The notes beneath the pieces were generated by a model. It had not been told where the DNA came from. It saw only the letters and a list, made by a program, of their open reading frames with translations, and did not search any database. A DNA stretch of 63,385 nt, filler included, from Reclinomonas americana ATCC 50394 (Eukaryota), in NCBI GenBank assembly GCA_048213135.1. It is 7 parts of 4 records of this genome, joined end to end, with 100 filler letters (N's around TTAATTAATTAA, not from the genome) between each part and the next. Parts side by side here need not be neighbours in the genome. Positions count along the whole stretch, not along the records: positions 1 to 19,933 come from PS015028.1; positions 20,034 to 35,533 come from PS015028.1; 5 more parts are not named here. One strand, given 5' to 3'. The position numbers and the translations under genes were made by a program. Of this stretch, positions 1 to 25,737 are shown in pieces (positions within the stretch are counted from its first letter, which is position 1; each line of letters begins with the position of its first letter).

Positions 1-461
1 GAAGACAAGAAAGGACTGAAGTGGGGAGACACAAATCGAGAACAACAAAAGAATGATAGAATAGAGACAAACACACAAGAAAATGAGTGAGAGATGAAAT
101 GATCTGCGAACACAAAACGACAGAAGCAGTGGCAAAGGACNNNNNNNNNNNNNNNNNNNNNNNNNNNNNNNNNNNNNNNNNNNNNNNNNNNNNNNNNNNN
201 NNNNNNNNNNNNNNNNNNNNNNNNNNNNNNNNNNNNNNNNNNNNNNNNNNNNNNNNNNNNNNNNNNNNNNNNNNNNNNAGCGGCAGAAATTCTCCCATGC
301 CGTGCGATGCGTCCCACCTTCACTTTCCCCTCTCTCTCTCTTCTCCTTCACTTCCCTCTCCCTCTCCTCCTCCTCTTCCCTTTCCTCTCTCCTCTCTCTC
401 TCTGCCTCTTCCCTTCCCCTTTCACCCCTCCTTTTCCCTTCCGTCCCCTTTTGCCTCTCAC

Positions 462-1696
462 CAGTCGTGCCCGAATCGACAATCGTGGTCGGCCCGCTGG
501 TGTTGTTGTTCCAGTAGCTGAGCAGCGTGGAGCGCGACACGCCCGTCACCTGCTCCTGCGTCTGCGAGCCAATGGAGAAGTCGACAATGTTGACGGTGAA
601 GAAACCGGTGGCCGGGATGAGACCGAGCGTGTCCGACTGATTCACCCACTGCAGCGAGCTGGCCGTGTACAGACTCGTCGCCGTGCCACCCATCGTAAAC
701 ACACCCTTTCCGGTGCCGACAGGCGACGGCGCACTCATGCAAAAGCCGTACTGATTCGGCAAGTTATTCGCCGCCAGCACCGTGCCGACCAGGTCCGGCA
801 CCTGCGTGTTCCCATTGCCACCCGACAGCACCGGGTAGCTCAAGCCAAGAATACCGGCGATATCCGTCGCCGAGAACGGCGTCGACGTGTTGCCGCCATT
901 CTCCGACGTCATCACCGTAAACGCAAACGCGCTGCTCGTCGCCATTCCACCAATCGACACTACATCCGTGTACAACTCGCCCGATATTCCGCCCGTGCCG
1001 TATTCAACCGTGGTACCGCACACGCTCGAGTTGGCAGTGGAGGCCGACACGCAGTTGGAGGCGGTGGACGGGTAAGGCGCGGCGGTGGTCGACTGAGTCG
1101 GGTTGTAGACGGGCGAGTGGGGGATGACCGACATGGTCGTCGGCGTGGTCACCGCGAGGTTACCGGAGCCCGTGTCGAGAATGAGCTTGACGGTTTGCGC
1201 GGGGGAGCCTGATGCAAGTGAGAGAGAAGGAGGTGGGAAGAGTGAGAGTGAGTGTGAGAGAAATCAGACAAAGGTGATGATCATGATGTCAAAGAGTGCG
1301 TGAGAGAGAGAGGCTTGTTGGGCGAGTGAGAGTGCGTGTGTGTGAATGAGAGAGCAAGAGAGGGAAGGGAGGGCAAGGGCGACGAAATGTCAGCCTGTCT
1401 ATTTCTCGCACACTTTCACACACCACTGTGCGCGCTCTCTTTCCCTCTCTCTCACTCTCTCTCTCTCACACACACACACATACATACACAGAGAGTGAGA
1501 GAGAGGGAGAAAGACTCTTGAGTCACACATTCTTGTCTGTTTTCTCTTTTTGTTTTGTCTTTCTCTCTTGCTTACCAATGGAGACTGCGGCGGCGTACTC
1601 GCCCGACTCACTCGTGCATTGCAAGTGCACTTGCGCATGCGCAGCAGCAGCAACAAGGAGCAAGAAGGCGACAATGACCAGAGAGATGCGAGTCAT
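462..1696 (-). CDS. Pepsin-family (A1) aspartic protease, paralog A (3' part missing, in the gap or outside the window)
   Basis: Exon1 1696-1576 (MTRISLVIVAFLLLVAAAAHAQ...EYAAAVSIG, signal peptide), then a GTAAG..CAG intron. Exon2 1208-462 contains GSPAQTVKLILDTGSGN, the flap Tyr (EYGTG), AGILGL and TIVDSGTT. Both catalytic Asp motifs are present. Confidence 0.92.
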
Positions 1697-1897
1697 GTCT
1701 TTTTTCTTTTCTTTCTCTCTCTCTCTCTCTTTCTCCAGTTAAAGGAGGTCTCTCTTGCTACTCTCTTACTCTTCACTCTTGTGCGTGTGTGTGCAATCTC
1801 TTGGAAAAAACTTTGTCGATTTCGGCGGAGACAGTTGCTGTTCTGACGTCAACCTCTGCGAACTTCAATCTAGCACCACAATGCATAATAAAATAGG

Positions 1898-1965
1898 GTG
1901 TGCACCGAAGAGTGGCGTGGCGGCCACGTCGACTGCGACCACATGTGCAACGAGCAGGCGACTGC
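1898..1965 (+). repeat. Degenerate copy of the last-exon segment (10957-11023) of the adjacent NHL gene
   Basis: gtgtgcaccgaagagtggcgtggcggccacgtcgactgcgacc... vs gtgtgtgccgaagagtggcgtggtggcgacgtcgactgcgacg...; about 10 differences in 68 nt by manual alignment, including a 1-nt insertion. Confidence 0.85.
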
Positions 1966-2029
1966 TGAAGTTGGCGATTTTGGCGCCAAATTCCGCGTTT
2001 CAACCGTTTCCGTTCGTCACCGGGAGACG

Positions 2030-11044
<9,015 letters not shown>

Positions 11045-11242
11045 GTGAATTGGCGCATGTAGAATAATCTGATGGCTTCGTCGATGCGAAACTGCATATC
11101 ACGATCCGAAGGACACCCTGTTGGCAACGCTGGAAGAGTGACAAAACGGGGGCGACGGTTCATTGCGTCTTATTGCACCCCTTCGCTTTTGCACACGCAA
11201 AACATACTTGCGGTAATTCTTCCGTCACGCGCAACAACAAGC

Positions 11243-15672
<4,430 letters not shown>

Positions 15673-15811
15673 GTCTCTGTCTGTGAAGAAAAGACGAGCA
15701 CACACACGCAAAACACACAAAAAGAGGCAGTGAGTGAATGTGGGTGATGAGCACACACACGAGCACGACAATCAAACAGAAGAGTGCGCTCACACGGAAC
15801 CTTTTTTGCTG

Positions 15812-16070
15812 AGTGAGTTTTCGTGCGGGACACGAGCCGATATTTCGCCTTTTTTATGTTTTTTCTCTCTCTTCCTTTGTTTATCGAGGTGAGGAGAATG
15901 GTTCTGAGTAATGCACGCTGTATCTTTCTTGGGCGGCCAGGAAATCGCGCTGAGTTGAGGTTTCGTGCCGGACACGATTCGATATTTCGCCCTTTTTTGA
16001 TGTATTCTTCTTTCTGCCTCTGTTATTTTACGAGGTGAGGAGAATGGTCCAGAGTAGTGCACGCTGCGTC
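15812..16070. repeat. Two ~130-bp direct repeats between the kinase 3' end and the protease B start
   Basis: tttcgtgc.ggacacga...gatatttcgcc.tttt...gaggtgaggagaatggt.c.gagta.tgcacgctg occurs twice. Confidence 0.8.
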
Positions 16071-16178
16071 TCCTCTTGCGTAAATGCGAATTCATTTGCC
16101 GGCTAGAACAATTGCCATTGACGTCGATCCGAGCTGAGCGATTCGATGAAATATTCATTTGCAAGCTTAGGCAATTCA

Positions 16179-18903
<2,725 letters not shown>

Positions 18904-18972
18904 TCCGTCGTTCGTTGTGTGAGCAGAGGTGTCCTATTCTTGTCCCGCGTGCACAACCGTCATACATCGACA
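18904..18972. promoter_or_regulatory. 69-bp spacer between divergent start codons; probable bidirectional promoter/UTR region
   Basis: ATG (-) at 18903 and ATG (+) at 18973. Promoter function is inferred from the geometry only. Confidence 0.55.
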
Positions 18973-21900
18973 ATGTTGCGCGGAGGCGGCTGCGCCAGCT
19001 CCAAGCCCTCTGCTGCAGTCGCCTCCCCTCCCCCTCCTCCACCTCCACCACCACCTCCTCCACCTCCTCCTGTCACCTCCACTGCAGATCCTGCTCAAGT
19101 GCATGTCACTCTGTCTCCCACTCCCTCTCCCACTCCTGTTGCTGCTGCTGCTCCACCAGCACACCCTCGTCCCATCAGCACAGCAGTGACACTGGCACAC
19201 AAGATCGCAGCCGCACATGCAGCTCAACAACTTCCCCCATCATCGTCATCATCATCAAGCAATCCCGGCGACCTGTCCGCTCTCCATTGCCTGGTACTTT
19301 GTAATCATCATCATCGCAGTGCTGGTCATTTTGCAGAAGAGTCTCTCCTTGGCAGGTTCCGGTATTCGCCAATCAGCGGGAGACGGAAGCGGATAGTGTG
19401 CAAGGTCGAGCGACGGCGGTGCCGGCGGATGAGTTGCTGGATGCGTTTGTGGCGCGCAAGGGGTCCATGGCCACGGCCAAGGTGAGGTGGACTGAGAGGG
19501 GAAGTGAGTGCTGCAGTCTGTGTCGTTGGGATGGTGAAGAGGGAGATGAGTGGAAGCGAGTGAGACGCTGTGCCAACTGTGATGCAGAAGGGGGCAGGCT
19601 GAGTGAGAAAGAGCGGAAGGCGAGAGAGGGAAGCGAGTGAGAAGCTGTGCTTTATGCTGCCAACTGTGATGCAGAGGGGGGCAGGCTGAGTGAGGAAGAG
19701 AAGAAAGGCGAGGGAGAGAAAGCGAGCGGGAGGGTGAACTGTGCTGACTGCAGCACACTGTGATTCAGCACGACGCAGTAGGAGACAGGCTAGTGAGAAT
19801 GGAGGAAACCCGAGGGATGCTCGAGGACCTGCGAACCTGCCTCGTAGCGTGTATAGTATAGACAGTGCACGCGAATGAGAAGCGAGAAGAAGGTGCACGG
19901 GAATGAGAAGAGAGAAGAAGGAAGGCGACTGTGNNNNNNNNNNNNNNNNNNNNNNNNNNNNNNNNNNNNNNNNNNNNTTAATTAATTAANNNNNNNNNNN
20001 NNNNNNNNNNNNNNNNNNNNNNNNNNNNNNNNNCCCCCTCCCCGCAGGTCATGGTGGTGGCCGGCTGGTCCGGCGGCGGCAAATCCGTGCTCCTGCGCTC
20101 CTTCATTGCGCGCACGGCGGAGAAGAACGGCAACCCAGACGCCACCGCCGCCGTCTCCAGTGCACCGACACTGGTACTGTCGGCGCGCCTGGCCACCATC
20201 CCCGCCGCGGTGCTCGACGGTGGTGAGGAACTTGTACCTCACGTGCTCCACCAAGTCAACGCGCTGGTGCAAGACGAGCGACTGCGCATGACAGTGGTGG
20301 AGGTGTGTGCAAATGGAAAGAGCAATGGTTGCGCGATCTCGTGCGCTCAAAGCTCCATCCTTCTCCTGTGCAGTGCCGGCGAGTGTCGTCTCTCGTGCTC
20401 GTGCTTGACGGTTTCGACGAGTGCGCACAGACCCCACGCAATCTCTACGTGTACCATCGTCTCGCGGTGCGTCCAATGCGCTCGCTCCTGTGTTGCGCTC
20501 GTGCTTATGTGCGCTGCAGGAGTGGCCCAACTTGCAGCTGGTGGTGTCCGTGCGTCGCGAGTACATTAGCCGGGCTGGCCAGCTGTGGGCCGAGCAGTAC
20601 TTTGTGCCCGTCGATCCCCGCATGTCACGTGCGCAGTTGGTCACGGAGCCGGAGCGCACGCTCGCTCGCTGCATGTTGCGCTCGTTCTCTGTGGAGGATA
20701 TTCAGCTGTTTCTGCAGCGGTACTCGGAGAAGCAGGAGAACAGCGCCGAGGTGTATCAGAGCTTGATGTTCATCCTCCAAAGCAGCCACGGCTTGATGGA
20801 GCTGGCGTTTTCGGTGCGCCTCTTGCTATGAATTCTCCTCGTGCTCGTGGCCGCGGCTCACTCCCGCTCGCACAGCCCATCATGCTCAACATGATTGTCA
20901 GCATCGTCGAGAGTATTCGCAGGAACAACACGGGTCGATGGACGCGCTCTCGTCTGTACGACATCTTTTTGGAGAACAAGGCGCGGTGGGAGCTGACGCA
21001 TCATGCCGCGGATATTCGTGAGGTGTGTGAGACCTGGTGCTTCATTCGCAAGGCGATTTTCTCTCTCTACCCCCTCTCGTGCTCCACCGTCCTCGTGTCT
21101 TTCCAGCTTTCATCTTGCTTCTCTGTCGCTGTCGCTGGTTGTTGAGTGTTTCCCTTTGCTGTCTCTCTTCTCCTCTCCTCCTGTCCTCTTCCTCTCCGTT
21201 CCAATCTTCTTCTCTTCTCGTCTGTTCCCATTTTTCCTCCTCCGTCTCTTCTCCCTTCTCCCCTCCTCTCCTCCTCCTCTCCACTCCAATCCTCTTCTCT
21301 TCTCGTCTGCCCCCATCTTTTCTCCTCCGTCTCTTCTCTCCTCCTCCTCCTGTCTCCTCTTCTATCCCCTGTCTCTCTCTTCTCCTATTCCTCTCCATTC
21401 CAATCCTCTTCTCTTGGCGTCTGTTCCCATCTATTCTTCTCCGTCTCTTCTCCCTTCTCCTTCTCCTGTCTCTCTCCTCTCCTCTTCCTCTCCGTTCCAA
21501 TATTCTTCTCCTCTCGTCTGCTCCCATCTTATCTTCTCAGTCTCTTCTCCCTTCTCCCCTCCTCCCCTTCTATCCCCTCCCTTTAATTCTTCCCCTTTCC
21601 CTTATCCTTCTCCTTTTTCAGCGCTTCGGCGATGACTGCGAACCACACTTTCTCCGCGCCCTGTACACGCTCAACACATCGCTCGCCGGCGACATGGTAC
21701 GACACGGCTTCGTCTCCCTCCAGAAATACGTTGCGTCTCGTCGCGTCATTGTGTGCCTCCCACCATCACTGTTTCACCCCCTTGCCCTTTTCTCCTTGCA
21801 TAGAGCTCCGCTCAGCTGCAGCAACTGGAACGTGGATCGCCGGCGGCCTTGCGTCAGGCGCGCACAGCCAATGACATCTGGGAGTCGTATTTCGCCATTG

Positions 21901-24900
21901 ACGATGTGCAGAACGACGTGGTCATTCGTGCGGTTGGTGACGACGCTTGCACACGGCCTTTCCCATTTATCTCACCACCCATGTTCCGCGTGCAGGGCAT
22001 GCTCAAGTGGTCCACCCATCAAAACACCGTCTCCAGTGTCTCCTTTGTGCACAAATCGTTCCTGGAGTACTCCGCCGCCGGCAACTGGCTCGACACGATG
22101 GTGGCGGTCGCCAATGCAGCAACGCCCATTGAGGTAAGCAAGTATCACGCTCACTCCGAGTGAAGGAGGCAATGCACCGACGGCCCTCCCTCCCATCGCA
22201 GGATCGTCTCGACCTGCTGGCCGGGTCTCTGGTCGGCAATGTACAGCTCACCACAACCAACGACGTTGCGTAACCCTTCCCCCTCACTTCCCGCCCCCCC
22301 CCCCACCGCCACCCACCTCTCACTCACCTCTCCCATTCACGCAGGGTCTCGCCTCCATCCTCTCGTTTGCCGCCGACATTGTGCGCGTCAACAATCGCCT
22401 CCCCTCGGCCTGCCTCCACGCCATTCGCCTCTCACGCGATTTCCCCGACAATCCGCACGTGGCCATCGCGGCCGCCAGTGCCGCCTCGGTCCTGTGCGCC
22501 GCCCAGTTTTCCCTCAGCGGGCGCGATTTGCGCGGAGTGAGGCTGCGAGGTGCCGATTTGCGTGATGCGCTGTTGCATCGCACCGACTTGCGCGACGCCG
22601 ACCTACGCGAGTGCAACCTGCGCGGCGCCTTTTGCTGCGACGCCGACTTGCGCGGCTGCAATTTGGTCGACGCCCAACTGCCGCGGCCACCGATTGAGGC
22701 GCACGATGATGAGGTGCGAGTGGTGCTGGTGACGCGTGACGGCAGCAAGATCGTGTCGGGAGGCCTCGACGGCAAGGTCCGCGTGTGGTCGTTTGCCGAC
22801 GGCAGCCTGCTGCACTCGTTCGACGCCGACCGCGAGAGTGTCGGCGCTGCTGTGCTCACCCCCGACGACGAGAGCGTGGTGGTCGGAGGCACCGAAGGCC
22901 ACCTGCGGCAGTATTCACTGCGCACCGGCCAGCTGCTGCGTGACATGGACGCAAATGGTGGGCGCGACATCAGTGCCCTGGTGATCACGCCCGACGGTCA
23001 GCACGTGCTCTTCGACGGGCGCTACGGCAATACCATCACGGTGTGGTCACTGGCCACTGGCACCCAGGTCCGCTCGTGGAACCGGTCCACCGAGGGCGAC
23101 TATTCGGTGTCGGGCTCCGTGTGCTTGACGATGACGCCCGACGGCGACTCGGTGATCGTGGCCAGCGGCGAGTCCCTCACGCAGTGGTCGGTGCACACGG
23201 GCGAGAAGATTCGTGCGTTTTTCATGGGGCATTTCGCCATGGCGCTGGCCGTGACCCCCAACGGCGCCGCTCTGATTGCGGGCGACGAGGACGGCCAGCT
23301 GCTGCAGTGGAGCCTCGTCACCGGGGAGCCGATTGGTGGCACGCAGCTGCACGCGGAGGCGCTGACGGCGCTGGCTGTGAGCCACGATGGGGAGTCGGTG
23401 TTTAGCGGTGGAGAGGATCGTGCCGTGCGCCAGGTGCTGCTGCTCACGAGCCAACTCGGCAGCAGCATCGACGCACACAGCGAGGGCGTGCGCTCCCTGG
23501 CGCTCACCGCCGACGGCAAGTACGTGGTGTCGGGAGGTGCCGATCGCAAGATCTTTGTGTCGACGATTGACACCGCACAAAAGACGCGCCGAACGGAGCG
23601 TCACGAGGGCACTGTGACGGGTCTGGCCGTGTCGTTCCAGTTCTCCGCGCTGCTAACGTGCGGAGCGGACGGCACTCTGCGCAAGTGGGCGCTGGGGTCG
23701 CGCTTCGAGATCGACCGCGCCTTGGCGCATCCGGGCCCAAGCAGCGAGCACAACGGCAGTGGTGTGTGGTCGCTGACGCTGCTGCCCGACGGAAAGCACG
23801 CGGCCACGGGCGGCGGCGATGGCACGGTGCGCATCTGGCCCGTCTTCGCCCCCGGCCCGATGCGTACTCTGCAGGGCCACCGCCCCTGGACACCCGTGTG
23901 CGACGTTGCCGCCACGCCCGATGGCAAGTTGCTGGTGAGTGCCTCACACGACGGCACAGTGCGTGTTTGGTCGGTGGAAACGGGCGAGCAGGTACGTGTA
24001 TGGGAGGCCGCCGGCAAAAAGGAGCGTTTGCAGATGGAGCACAGCTACGGCGCCACTCCCGTGTGGTGTGTGGCGGTGACGAGTGACTCGGTGCGTGCTG
24101 TGACCGGGCACGAGGATCACGTGATCCGCGTGTGGAATTTGGTGTCGGGAGTCATGGAACGCGAGATCGATGCGCACACGGCGCTCGTCGGCACACTGGC
24201 GGTGACGGCAGATGGCCGTCGCGTGGTCAGCGGAAGCGCAGGACCGGACGGCTCCATCCGAGTGTTTTCGCTCGACAATGGCCGCGAACTCAGCCGCGTG
24301 GCCACCTTCTCCGAAGGCGTTGTCTCGCTCCGACTCATCTGTGGCGACACACGCGTGGTCTGCAGCACCACGAACCAGCTGGTGGTGCTTTCGCTGTCGA
24401 CGGGCGAGATTGTGCGTCGCCTGGTGAGTCCCGGCGACGAGTGCATGATTCGCAAGGTCGTGATGTCGCCCGACGAAAAGTACATTGTCGGTGGACTCGA
24501 CGACGGCTCGGTGTGGATGTGGACCGCGCCTGCCGATGAACCCATCCCCGGCGTCGACGCACCGGCACAGAGGTGAGTGTGCAGAGTAAGAAGCGGGAAA
24601 TCGTGGCACGGCTGCGCTGACCTTTGTGTGTGTGTGTGGGGACAAGTGGCGGATTGCTGGTGGATGTTATCGGCTCTCTGCGACCGTCGTTTGCCGGCTG
24701 CCAGCTGGAAGGCGCCTCCGGGATGTCACCGTTATTGAAACGGCACCTGGAAGTTCCGCCACCTCCACCGCCACCTGCTGGCGCCGCCGGACCGAGCAAA
24801 GCGAGTGCGTCCGCCGTGTCCGCTGCCTCCGGAGGCGACTCGTTGCGTTTGCAAAGTTCTTTCTATGTCTCCCCGCAGACGCACTTACTTGGTACTTCCG

Positions 24901-25262
24901 TGGGCAGTGTGCTGGCGGTGGACGGTTTCAAGAAGGGCGGCTTCATGCACAACACGTGGCAGGCTCGCCGACTGGAACTCTCCGTCGCCACTCGCCAAGT
25001 GCAATACTTTGAGGCCGGTAAGCAGACGCCCAACGGCGGCTTCTCGCTCGACAACACCACATTTGAGGTGGCACCGGCGCCGGTGACGCACCAAGGCGTG
25101 CCACTCGCCGTCATCACCGTCACCCCGTCGTCCGCCACCACCGGACGCAAGCAATACGTGATCGGCATTCCCACGGCCCGCGAGCAGGCCACCAAGTGGA
25201 CCAGGGCCATGAAACGTGCCGGCGCAGTGATGCAACAAGACGACGATGACGATCGGGAGTGA
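18973..25262 (+). CDS. NLR-like STAND NTPase: NACHT - pentapeptide repeats - ~14 WD40 repeats - C-terminal PH domain
   Basis: Exon1 18973-19293 (MLRGGGCASSK + polyPro), exon2 19356-19481, exon3 from 20048. Walker A VVAGWSGGGKS, Walker B LVLVLDGFDE, sensor-1 VVSVRREY, PIML, TRSRLYDIF, winged helix FVHKSFLEYSAA. Pentapeptide repeats (LRGADLRDALLHRTDLRDADL) and WD40 repeats lie in exon 22345-24572. The last exon from 24647 has SFAGCQLEGASGMS and a PH motif (KKGG...WQARR...QYF...PNG...KWTRAM). Confidence 0.9.
19978..19989. other. Synthetic contig linker TTAATTAATTAA within N runs (also at 35578, 49518, 55642, 58986, 61497)
   Basis: Identical 12-mer with stops in all six frames, centred in N blocks. 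Confidence 0.97.
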
Positions 25263-25528
25263 AAGCGGGCATATTGAGAGTTCCGAACAACCCTGCTCAG
25301 AGAGTTCGTCTCTCTTTCTGTTCCACGCATTCGCACGCGTATGGGGTGGCCAGCAGGGCCTGCGTGGTGTCACATTGCACACCAACGATCTGCATCAGTG
25401 GGGGAAAACACGCGCGCCAAATATGACCGTTACGGTTTCCCGCGCGCTCAATTTTTCGAATTTAGGCGAGAGAGAGAGCGCGCGCGAACTCCTCTCTGTT
25501 TCTGTGCCTTTTTTTGTTTGAGGGGAAC

Positions 25529-25699
25529 ATGCGACGACTGCGCAATGTTCTCGCGCTGCTTGCGCTAGTGGCGATTGTGGTGGCGGCATTCGCCTCGGCT
25601 GCAGAGGTGGAGGCCGAGAACCCGCCAACATCACCGGTGAGCATCTGTCTCATTCTTGCCTTTTTGCTGCATGACAGGCATAAGAGAGCTCTTCTCTTC

Positions 25700-25737
<38 letters not shown>

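Noticed and set aside
307-1212. 301-aa plus-strand ORF (and 13182-14504)
   Set aside because: Antisense shadows of GC-rich protease exons.
18973-19293. Amyloid signalling motif (HET-s/RHIM-like) in the NLR N-terminus
   Set aside because: The region is Pro/Ala/Ser-rich with no N/Q/G-hydrophobic pseudo-repeats.
19978-19989. TTAATTAATTAA motif seen six times (piggyBac TTAA target or regulatory site?)
   Set aside because: Always embedded in equal N padding; a synthetic all-frame-stop contig spacer.
21003-21635. Long Ser/Leu/Pro/Phe or Arg/Glu ORFs (also 40595-42783, 46497-47349, 55642-56134, 57343-58130, 59147-60232)
   Set aside because: Translations of CT/GA-rich introns, which lack stop codons for compositional reasons.
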